This document shows positions 29,690-38,019 of a DNA stretch of 64,000 nucleotides, in pieces; within the stretch, counting starts at the first letter, position 1; each line of letters starts with the position of its first letter. The position numbers were made by a program, and so were the translations under genes. The DNA lies in NCBI GenBank assembly GCA_902594515.1, contig CACJML010000001.1:78121-142120 (forward strand). Direction: 5' to 3'. The notes beneath the pieces are model-generated. The model was not told the origin of the DNA. It saw nothing but the letters and a program-made list of their open reading frames with translations, and made no database searches. Source of the DNA: an uncultured SAR86 cluster bacterium (GTDB taxonomy: Bacteria > Pseudomonadota > Gammaproteobacteria > Magnimaribacterales > D2472).

Positions 29690-31528
29690 ATGGATTTTAA
29701 TGAAAGACAGTTAGAGCGCCAATCATTTACGCAGAGATCGCTATTGGTGACGTCTCTTTTGGTGATTTTTATTGTAGTTATTTTATTTCGAACTTTTTCT
29801 TTACAAATTTCAAACTTTACAGAATTTGATAAAGCCTCCTTAAATAACAGAACCTATTCCGTTCCTGTCCAACCACTTAGAGGGAAGATCCTTGATAGAA
29901 ATGGCGAAGTTATTTCTGAAAACATAGCTACGTTTGATTTAGTTACTACTCCAAGGGATATTAAGAATGTTGATGAATTTCTAAAAAAAATTGAGAATAT
30001 CCTTGATCTTGATAAAGATGAGATCGATCTTTACATTAAAAATTTTAACTCTAAGGCATTTTTTAACAGAGAGCTGGTTCTTAAAAAAAACTTATCTGAA
30101 ATTGAAATCGCAAGATTTGAAGTAAGAGGATTTGAGCATAAGGAAGCTTTTGTTGGCAAAAGATTCAGAAGGGTCTCAAGGTATGATGAGATTTTTTCTC
30201 ACGTTCTTGGTTACACGGGTGGTGCTGGAGAGAATAATTTAGATGAACAAAATAGATTTAGATCCAATAGCTGGAGAGATGCAGTTTTTTCATATGCCAA
30301 TGGATTAATAGAAGGTAAAGCAGGTTTAGAGAAGACGTACAATCAAAGTTTAACCGGCACATTTGGTATTAAGCAATTCGAGGTTGATGCAAGAGGGCGT
30401 CTAGTCAAGGAGTTGAGTTATACACCCCCAATCAATGGAGAAAATATTTTAACTACCCTCGATATTGATGCTCAAAAAGTAGCAGCCAATCAACTAGGCA
30501 AAAGAAAGGGTTCGATCGTTGCTGTAGATGTAGAAACAGGAGGTATTGTGGCAATCTACAGTTACCCAACATTTTCAGTTAATAAAATGGCAAATGGGAT
30601 TAGCCAATCAGATTATGACGATTTAATAAATGATCCTGATAAACCGTTCTTTGATAGGTCTGTTGCTGGAAGATATCCTCCCGCCTCAACTATCAAACCT
30701 TTAATGGGCATTCATGCTTTAAATAGAGGTCAAATAAGCTGGACAACAAAAATAAATGACCCAGGTTTTTTTGAATTACCGGAAGATGGAAGAATTTTTA
30801 GAAGCTGGGGAGAAATTGCTCATGGTTTAATAAATCTTAATCAAGCTCTTATAAGAAGTTCAAATACATATTTTTTTGATCTTGCCTATAACTCTGGGAT
30901 AAATGAATTGGCTGATGATATTGAAAAATTTGGTTTTGGAAGTACTGTTTGCATGGATTGCATCTTAGAAGACGAAGGATTGGTTCCAAGACCTCAATGG
31001 AAAATGAATAACCTAAATTTTGGATGGTTTAAAGGCGATACAGTTAATATTGGAGTAGGACAAGGATACATTAGTACTACCCCAATTCAGTTAGCCCATT
31101 ACACAGCGGTACTGGCAAATAAAGGAACAAAAAAACCACTTTTTTTAAATAATTCCTTAAGTGAAAAGATTCAATCATCAGAAATCCAGCTAGAAAATTT
31201 TAATCAACAGGACTGGAGTCTTCTTCATAAAGCAATGGAGAGTGTAGTTGAATCTGATTACGGAACAGCAAGACGAATCAGAGATCAAAAGGATTTTCCT
31301 ATAGCTGCAAAAACTGGTACAGGGGAAATCATTAGTTTAGATTCTAGAGAGGAGTATGAAAGGATTAGAGAGGATCAAGGTCTAAGAGATCATGCAATTA
31401 TTGTAGCTTTTGCTCCGGTTGAAAAACCCAAGTATGCCGTCAGTGTCATTATAGAGAATGGTGAGAGTGGTGGTTCCGTAGCTGGCCCAGTAGCTTTGAG
31501 AATACTTAAAGAGTTATTAAAAGAATGA
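29690..31528 (+). CDS. mrdA: Penicillin-binding protein 2 (elongasome transpeptidase)
   Basis: It has an N-terminal TM anchor and the transpeptidase motifs STIK (ASTIKP), SSN and KTGTG. rodA follows. Confidence 0.92.
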   Translation: MDFNERQLERQSFTQRSLLVTSLLVIFIVVILFRTFSLQISNFTEFDKASLNNRTYSVPVQPLRGKILDRNGEVISENIATFDLVTTPRDIKNVDEFLKKIENILDLDKDEIDLYIKNFNSKAFFNRELVLKKNLSEIEIARFEVRGFEHKEAFVGKRFRRVSRYDEIFSHVLGYTGGAGENNLDEQNRFRSNSWRDAVFSYANGLIEGKAGLEKTYNQSLTGTFGIKQFEVDARGRLVKELSYTPPINGENILTTLDIDAQKVAANQLGKRKGSIVAVDVETGGIVAIYSYPTFSVNKMANGISQSDYDDLINDPDKPFFDRSVAGRYPPASTIKPLMGIHALNRGQISWTTKINDPGFFELPEDGRIFRSWGEIAHGLINLNQALIRSSNTYFFDLAYNSGINELADDIEKFGFGSTVCMDCILEDEGLVPRPQWKMNNLNFGWFKGDTVNIGVGQGYISTTPIQLAHYTAVLANKGTKKPLFLNNSLSEKIQSSEIQLENFNQQDWSLLHKAMESVVESDYGTARRIRDQKDFPIAAKTGTGEIISLDSREEYERIREDQGLRDHAIIVAFAPVEKPKYAVSVIIENGESGGSVAGPVALRILKELLKE

Positions 31529-32604
31529 TCAAAAAAATTTATTTAGATCCATATATTTTTATAGGCATCTCATTGTTAGCAATGGTTGGAGTCTTAATTC
31601 TTTTTAGTGCATCAGAGGGTGATACAACCATTGTTTTCAAGCAATCAATTTATGTTGTTTTAGGACTCATATTGTTTTTATTTGTTAGTCAGCCTGATCC
31701 AGACATATATAGGAGGTTCTCTCCGCTTATTCTTTTTGTAACCCTAGTTCTCGTATTTATAGCCTATTTTTTTGGTCCAGAAATAAATGGCGCTAGAAGA
31801 TGGATAAGGCTTTTTGGATTTTCATTTCAGCCTTCAGAGCTCCTCAAAATATCCCTACCACTTTTTTTAGCATCTTTTTTATTTAATAAAAAGCTGCCAA
31901 TCAACGCAAAGCAAACAGCTATTTCAATCTTTTTTATTTTGGTTTGTTTTTTATCTGTTTATATTCAACCAGATCTTGGGACGGGATTACTGATTGCTGC
32001 ATCCGGATTTTTAGTTCTATTTCTTGCCGGATTAAGTTGGGTTTTTATTGGAATTACAATTGCAACAATTTTAATTTTCTCACCCTTCATATGGAATAAT
32101 CTTCTTGAACCATTTCAGAGAGATCGCATTTGGACTCTTTTTAATCCTGAGTCAGATCCCTATGGTTCAGGATGGAATATTATTCAATCAAAGATTGCGA
32201 TCGGTAGTGGCGGCTTCTTTGGAAAAGGTTATGGGGAGGGCAGCCAGACGCACCTCAACTTTCTTCCTGAAACACAAACAGACTTTATTTTTTCTGTTTT
32301 GGCAGAGGAGTTTGGATTTATTGGTGTACTACTATTGCTATTTTTATATACCTTTGTTCTTTTGAGAACATTTTATTTAGCTGTTAACGCTCGTGATCGC
32401 TTTTGTCGTCTAGTAATAGGCGGATTTATTTTTACATTCGGCTTTAATGTCATGATTAATCTTGCAATGGTAATTGGACTTATACCTGTAGTGGGAATGC
32501 CGCTTCCTTTCTTTAGTCGAGGAGGAACCTCTCTACTTTCAATATTTCTGATGTTTGGGATAATAACCTCGATGTCAACACATAAAAAATTTATACCAAA
32601 ATGA
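31525..32604 (+). CDS. rodA: SEDS-family peptidoglycan glycosyltransferase RodA
   Basis: 359 aa, polytopic, with SEDS motifs (..QPSELLK.., ..PETQTDFIF..). It has an ATGA overlap with mrdA. Confidence 0.92.
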   Translation: MIKKIYLDPYIFIGISLLAMVGVLILFSASEGDTTIVFKQSIYVVLGLILFLFVSQPDPDIYRRFSPLILFVTLVLVFIAYFFGPEINGARRWIRLFGFSFQPSELLKISLPLFLASFLFNKKLPINAKQTAISIFFILVCFLSVYIQPDLGTGLLIAASGFLVLFLAGLSWVFIGITIATILIFSPFIWNNLLEPFQRDRIWTLFNPESDPYGSGWNIIQSKIAIGSGGFFGKGYGEGSQTHLNFLPETQTDFIFSVLAEEFGFIGVLLLLFLYTFVLLRTFYLAVNARDRFCRLVIGGFIFTFGFNVMINLAMVIGLIPVVGMPLPFFSRGGTSLLSIFLMFGIITSMSTHKKFIPK

Positions 32605-33557
32605 GAATTTTTTTACTTCTTTTAATGTCAAGTCTTCATTTGTCCGGATATGATTTTGAACATCCTAAATATGAACTTATTCAAAAAGCTTTAGTTGAAG
32701 AACATAATTTTACTGCAGAAGAAATCAAGCTGATCATTGGCCAAGCTGAGAAGCAACAAAAAATCATTGACTCAATGAATTCTCCAGCTGAATTTACTTG
32801 GACATGGGATAGATATCGAAAATTGTTCATAGAACCAAAACGGATAAAAAATGGAAAACTATTTATTGAAAATAATCTTGAGACTTTACAAAGAGCAGAA
32901 GCTCAATTTGGTGTTCCCAAGGAAGTTATTACGGCAATTCTTGGGGTAGAGACAAGATATGGAAAAATAATGGGTTCGTACAGAGTTTTAGATGCGCTGT
33001 CTACTCTAAGCTTTGATTATCCGAGACGGTCAAATTTTTTCTCACAGGAGTTAATCAACCTCCTTCTTTTAACTAGAGAGAACAATCTTGATATTTTTAA
33101 GCTTAAGGGCTCATATGCTGGGGCTATGGGCTATGGACAATTTATTCCCTCAAGTTATAGGGCATACGCAGTTGATTTTGATAATGATGGGTCTGTTGAT
33201 TTACTCAATTCTGTTGAAGATGCAATAGGAAGCATAGGAAATTATCTTTTTCAGCATGGTTGGAAATCTAATTATCCAATCATTTGGGAGGTAAATAATT
33301 CTTTCGAAGGCTTTAATGCAGATTTCGTAAACAATGTAAGAAAAAAAGTTAATTTTGACAGCAAAACAATGTCTCCTAAAAATGCTATTGATTTTAATTT
33401 TGAAGGATTAAATACTGATGTTTTGTTGCTAAGTTATGAGACTAATAAAAGTACTAATTATTTTGTTGGCACAAGAAACTTTATAGCTATTACGAAGTAC
33501 AATGTGAGTCATTTTTATGCAAAGGCTGTCTATGACCTAGCACAAGAATTTTTATGA
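32601..33557 (+). CDS. mltB: Lytic murein transglycosylase B family
   Basis: AILGVETRYGKIMGSYRVLDALSTLSFDYPRRSNFFSQEL matches the MltB/SltB core, including the catalytic Glu. Confidence 0.88.
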   Translation: MRIFLLLLMSSLHLSGYDFEHPKYELIQKALVEEHNFTAEEIKLIIGQAEKQQKIIDSMNSPAEFTWTWDRYRKLFIEPKRIKNGKLFIENNLETLQRAEAQFGVPKEVITAILGVETRYGKIMGSYRVLDALSTLSFDYPRRSNFFSQELINLLLLTRENNLDIFKLKGSYAGAMGYGQFIPSSYRAYAVDFDNDGSVDLLNSVEDAIGSIGNYLFQHGWKSNYPIIWEVNNSFEGFNADFVNNVRKKVNFDSKTMSPKNAIDFNFEGLNTDVLLLSYETNKSTNYFVGTRNFIAITKYNVSHFYAKAVYDLAQEFL

Positions 33558-34711
33558 AAAATAATATTTTAAAAAGTTACTTAATTGTTTCACTGTTCGC
33601 AGTCTGTGCTTCGGCTCAATCTATTGTACCAACGCCTCCCGAATTGAATCTCACCAGCTATATTTTAATGGACGCAACAACCGGAAAAATTTTAGCTGAA
33701 TCCAACTCTAATTCTCAAATTGAGCCTGCAAGCATGACAAAGGTTATGTCAGGTTACATCGTTGCAGATCAAATTGACCAGGGCATGATTTCAAACGATG
33801 ACAATGTATTAATTTCAAGAAAGGCATGGAAGATGGAAGGATCTCGAATGTTTATTGAGGTTGGAAAGCGTGTCACGGTTGATGATTTGCTAAAGGGACT
33901 AGTTATCCAATCAGGCAATGATGCAGCAGTTGCACTTGCTGAATATGTAGCTGGCTCAGAACAAATCTTTGTTGATGTTATGAATGAGTATGCTTCAGTT
34001 CTAGGTTTGCGAAATACACTATTTCAAAACTCAACTGGCCTTCCAGATGCTGATCATTTTACTAGCGTAAGGGATCTTGCTGTTTTATCTAGAGCACTGA
34101 TTGATGAATTTCCATCGCATTATGATCTTTATAAAGAAAAAGAATTTACATTTAATAATATAAGGCAGCTCAACCGCAATAAATTACTTTGGCGGGATGA
34201 ATCTGTTGATGGGATGAAGACAGGCCATACTGAAGCTGCTGGATATTGCCTAATTGCATCTGCAAAAAGAAACGATATGCGATTAATAAGCGTTGTTGCT
34301 GGAAGTAAATCTGATAAAGAAAGGTTTGACGCATCACAAAGACTTCTCGAGTACGGTTTCAGGTTTTATGCAGCACAAAAATTATTAGAAGGTAACAAAG
34401 AGCTCAAGTCCTCAACAGTTTGGGGTGGCAAAAAAGAATCAGTTTCAATAGGTTTGGAGGATGATCTTCTGGTGACCCTGCCAAGAGGAGACTTCAGAAA
34501 CTTAACTATAAATTACACAATCCAAAACAACATACAAGCACCGATAAAAGCTGGCGATGAGCTGGGGCTTGTTGAAGTTATTTCTAATAATAATATTGTT
34601 GTTTCTGAATCACTTATTGCGCTTGAAGATATTGACGAGAAGGGATTTTTTGGCAGAATGATTGCAAAAATTATCTTATGGTTTATTGGACTCTTCAATT
34701 TTAATGACTGA
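33554..34711 (+). CDS. D-alanyl-D-alanine carboxypeptidase (PBP5/6 family)
   Basis: It has a signal peptide and the SxxK (ASMTKV), SGN (QSGNDAA) and KTGHT motifs, plus a C-terminal amphipathic anchor. Confidence 0.9.
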   Translation: MKNNILKSYLIVSLFAVCASAQSIVPTPPELNLTSYILMDATTGKILAESNSNSQIEPASMTKVMSGYIVADQIDQGMISNDDNVLISRKAWKMEGSRMFIEVGKRVTVDDLLKGLVIQSGNDAAVALAEYVAGSEQIFVDVMNEYASVLGLRNTLFQNSTGLPDADHFTSVRDLAVLSRALIDEFPSHYDLYKEKEFTFNNIRQLNRNKLLWRDESVDGMKTGHTEAAGYCLIASAKRNDMRLISVVAGSKSDKERFDASQRLLEYGFRFYAAQKLLEGNKELKSSTVWGGKKESVSIGLEDDLLVTLPRGDFRNLTINYTIQNNIQAPIKAGDELGLVEVISNNNIVVSESLIALEDIDEKGFFGRMIAKIILWFIGLFNFND

Positions 34712-35552
34712 CCTGATTCAAGGCGTCTACCAAGGCGCATTTATGCCGCTTAATGAGATAAAAGTTTCACCACTTTCTCGTGCATACACTTTCTCAGATA
34801 GTATTTATGAAGTCATCCCTTACTATAGTGGAAAACCTTTATGCCTTGATGAACACATCGATAGATTCAAAGTAAGCGCAGATTTTTTAAAAATCGAATT
34901 AAATTTCTCTGTTGTAAAAAAAGAGATTGAGCAATTAGGAAAATCCTTAGAGAACTATTCAAATGCTTACGTTTATTATCAAATCTCTAGAGGAGTTGAC
35001 TCTGTAAGATCCCATATTGTCAAGGAGGAACTCGTTCCTGAAAGATTTGGTTATGCTAGTGAAGTTACATTGTCCACTGATCCAATAACTGCAAAGCTCA
35101 ATCAAGATAATCGATGGGCTCATTGTAATATCAAGACCACTTCTCTACTTGGAAACGTCTTGAACATGAATGATGCTTATGGTGATGGTTGCAACGAAAC
35201 AATCTTAATTAGGGATAATAAAATTGTTGAAGGCGGTGCGTGCAATATATTTATGACTTATAAAAATGAAATTTATACTCCAAGCCTGGAAGAAAATATT
35301 CTTCCTGGAGTTACCAGAGAGTTCTTTATTTCTTCTCTGCAAAAGAAAGATATCAATGTAAAACAAGTTGACTGTCCAGTTTCATTTTTAGATTCAGTAT
35401 CAACTATCTGGTTTACGAGCTCTACAAGAGGAGTTCAACCAATAAAATCAATTTTGAATCACGGCTATGAAATGGACCCAGACGATGCTCTATTTAGAAA
35501 TGCTAAAGAGGCATTTACTAATTCGATAAAAGACTATTTTCAAGATCACTAA
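34704..35552 (+). CDS. Class IV (fold-type IV) aminotransferase, D-amino-acid transaminase-like
   Basis: ..FSDSIYEVIPYYSGKPLCLDEHIDRF.. and ..LPGVTRE.. are fold-type IV signatures. I call the start at ATG 34704, which gives an ATGACTGA overlap with the dac stop, rather than the track start at 34662. Confidence 0.75.
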   Translation: MTDLIQGVYQGAFMPLNEIKVSPLSRAYTFSDSIYEVIPYYSGKPLCLDEHIDRFKVSADFLKIELNFSVVKKEIEQLGKSLENYSNAYVYYQISRGVDSVRSHIVKEELVPERFGYASEVTLSTDPITAKLNQDNRWAHCNIKTTSLLGNVLNMNDAYGDGCNETILIRDNKIVEGGACNIFMTYKNEIYTPSLEENILPGVTREFFISSLQKKDINVKQVDCPVSFLDSVSTIWFTSSTRGVQPIKSILNHGYEMDPDDALFRNAKEAFTNSIKDYFQDH

Positions 35553-36504
35553 TAATTGTTTCTAACACATTCCACGAGTTGATCGGATGTATTCCTTTGG
35601 AAGATTTATCAAGTAAAAAAGCATTTGCAAGCAAATCAATTTGATTAAAGTCTATTTTGTTAGAGAAAGACATATATTCAGACTGAACATCACGCCATAT
35701 TCCTAAATCATATAAGTTTGGTTTCCCACTAGAACTCTTGATTCCGTAGCATGATGAAATTACCTTGGATAATATCCAGCTTACTAATGGCGGAACCGAA
35801 GAACTATTATTTCTGATTGATTTAATAATTTTTCGTGCTCTATCAAAGTCAGTGCAAATAATGGCATTCTCTAAATCAAATATTTCATGATTTTGCATTA
35901 CTGAGTAATTTTTAATTGTTTCTTCAATCTTTTCATCTTTAACAAGTTTTAAGATCGAGACTTCATTTTTTTGCATTAATAGATTGCCTGTAAAATTATT
36001 ATGAATTGCTGATCCAACAACACCGAGATATTTTTCTGGTAAAAATGAAAGTTGGTTTTTTAACCATAGTTTTTCTTCGTAAATATTAAGTTTATTGCAA
36101 TTAATAATTTCTAGGTTTGCGTTGAGAGCTTTAACCCATTTTGTAGTCTTATTTAGCTTGGTTTGGGCTGAATCAATGATAAATACATTTTGATCATTCG
36201 TATTAAATTTTTTTTCCTCGATAAGTTTTTTAAGAATTTCAGGGAACCTGCCCTCTAAGTGCTTAATTTTTATTATTAATTTTTCTTGAAATAATGATCC
36301 ACCTGAAAGTTTTAATATTTCTTCCTCAAGATTATCAAAACCATCCAAACCAAATGTGACTAATTTAGAGTAACCTTCTAAACAGAAATTTTTGGATATT
36401 AGCTCACTACAATCTTGTCGTAAAACTTCTTCATTACCATATAAAAAATAGCTCTTTAGATTGATTTTAGATTTCTGAATAAATTTTATATAGCTTGTTT
36501 CCAC
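35518..36504 (-). CDS. holA: DNA polymerase III delta subunit
   Basis: 328 aa. The N-terminal ..YFLYGNEEVLRQD.. resembles HolA. It sits directly after lptE in the conserved leuS-lptE-holA order. The GTG start at 36504 shares its G with the lptE TAG stop. Confidence 0.75.
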   Translation of the reverse strand: METSYIKFIQKSKINLKSYFLYGNEEVLRQDCSELISKNFCLEGYSKLVTFGLDGFDNLEEEILKLSGGSLFQEKLIIKIKHLEGRFPEILKKLIEEKKFNTNDQNVFIIDSAQTKLNKTTKWVKALNANLEIINCNKLNIYEEKLWLKNQLSFLPEKYLGVVGSAIHNNFTGNLLMQKNEVSILKLVKDEKIEETIKNYSVMQNHEIFDLENAIICTDFDRARKIIKSIRNNSSSVPPLVSWILSKVISSCYGIKSSSGKPNLYDLGIWRDVQSEYMSFSNKIDFNQIDLLANAFLLDKSSKGIHPINSWNVLETIISDLENSLLSN

Positions 36505-36932
36505 TAATTTCTTACCTTCATTATCAATTCGTCAATCAGCTGATTCATGAGCTCATAAGAGATTTGACTGACCGCATTATTTTGAGCTATCGGATTAAAC
36601 TCATTTACATAAACATTATCTTTTACATTTATGTTCTGAATTTTATTTTCATTACCCAGCCTGTATGACAAGTCATAGTAAATCTCCAGATTAGTTGGTC
36701 TTGCACCAATGCCAGAAAAGAATGGTTTCTCGTAATATTTCAGATCCAAAATATAAATCTCTTGCTCTGTTTTTATTTCATGAAAAAATCTTTTATGAAC
36801 CAACTCTGCAAAGCGAACATCAACATCATTTGCAATGAGGATACTTTTAGATTGAAAAGACTGATAACTAGTATTACAAGAGCAAATTAATAAGACTAAT
36901 GGTATGAAAAGCGATTTTTTATTCAGTAACAT
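36504..36932 (-). CDS. lptE: LPS-assembly lipoprotein LptE
   Basis: From ATG 36932 it reads MLLNKKSLFIPLVLLICSC.., a lipoprotein-type signal ending in Cys. Size and position between leuS and holA fit LptE. The track start at 36971 is less likely. Confidence 0.7.
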   Translation of the reverse strand: MLLNKKSLFIPLVLLICSCNTSYQSFQSKSILIANDVDVRFAELVHKRFFHEIKTEQEIYILDLKYYEKPFFSGIGARPTNLEIYYDLSYRLGNENKIQNINVKDNVYVNEFNPIAQNNAVSQISYELMNQLIDELIMKVRN

Positions 36933-38019
36933 CAAAAAGATCCTTAAATCCTGAAGGATCATGTCTTCCAACTACAAGGTTTTCAAGAGTTCCATAACCC
37001 TCTGAATCATTCATTGTGGCCTTAATAATTTGATGTATGTGAAAGAACGAGTAATCTTCAGGGTTAATTTCATTTAGATCCCAAACTTCATAGCCTACAG
37101 CCTCTTCACCTTTCCAGAAACCATGGCCCCATTCGGGATGTTGATAACCAATACCTTTGCAGTGAAATCTAGGCCCACAGGCCTTTGCATTAATCTCAAT
37201 TTTTTTATCTCCCTCTTTAGCTGAAATCTGAGCACCGCTTGACCATCTTGTGCCTTTTATCCAATCAACTTTATGTGAAATATTATTAAGAGGCTTAATG
37301 ACTTCATTATTCGAAATCTCAACTAAATCTGCAGAGAGCTGCGTAGCATTTCCATCATGATCTTCAAAAGTTCCAAAATGAGTGAAAGTATCTCCAAAAT
37401 TTATTGGAATCCAGCACCAATATACTCCTGGCTCAGCATTAAGTTTTCCAGGAGCGCCAATCTCAGGTTCTCCCACTGGCCTAACACCCCAAGATTTATC
37501 TCTGGTTCCGTATTCTTTTGTAAGATCTAGGTTTCCAGACTCTGTTTCAATGCTTCCATCCCATTTACCAAACTGAGTGAATCTGCTTGTTTCAAGTATT
37601 TTCCTCGTTCCTTCAATCATCAAAGATTTTGGTTCAAGATGGGGTTCTGTAATGCCATTAAAAATTAAATCACAGCTAAGTTTTTTTTCAGGATCTTTTA
37701 AGCTGAATCTAATCTTTTGCATGGGCTCTAATATTTCAAGGGAGATTGGTCCAATATTTATCGGATATCTCGCTGGATTCATTCTTGCTGAAGCATGATA
37801 CGAGTATTGTTTTCCTGCAGTTGAGATGCTGAAATGTGCATCCATAATGTGTCTGTTAGGGTAAAAGCCAACACCGATTTCAAAAAGAAAGTCTTTTTCT
37901 TCGCTGAACCCATTAAACCAATATCTATCGTAATGATTGCGATCAGACGAAGACGGGACGGCTAAGGTTTCAGCTGTTTGATGTATTGGAAAATCGTCAA
38001 AGGGTGTTATTAATGCCAT
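36919..38019 (-). CDS. Conserved-looking hypothetical protein (no family recognised)
   Basis: 366 aa with no signal peptide. It is rich in W/H/G beta-type segments (PIHQT, DRYWFNG, GTRDKSWGVRP, GIGYQHPEWGHGFW). Its start forms a TAATG overlap with the leuS stop, and its end overlaps the lptE start by 14 nt. Confidence 0.6.
   Translation of the reverse strand: MALITPFDDFPIHQTAETLAVPSSSDRNHYDRYWFNGFSEEKDFLFEIGVGFYPNRHIMDAHFSISTAGKQYSYHASARMNPARYPINIGPISLEILEPMQKIRFSLKDPEKKLSCDLIFNGITEPHLEPKSLMIEGTRKILETSRFTQFGKWDGSIETESGNLDLTKEYGTRDKSWGVRPVGEPEIGAPGKLNAEPGVYWCWIPINFGDTFTHFGTFEDHDGNATQLSADLVEISNNEVIKPLNNISHKVDWIKGTRWSSGAQISAKEGDKKIEINAKACGPRFHCKGIGYQHPEWGHGFWKGEEAVGYEVWDLNEINPEDYSFFHIHQIIKATMNDSEGYGTLENLVVGRHDPSGFKDLFDVTE

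Noticed and set aside
36933-36971. The ORF track gives a longer lptE start (MEDMILQDLRIFL..).
   Set aside because: The extension overlaps 53 nt of the upstream gene and precedes the lipoprotein signal peptide. ATG 36932 gives a canonical signal sequence.
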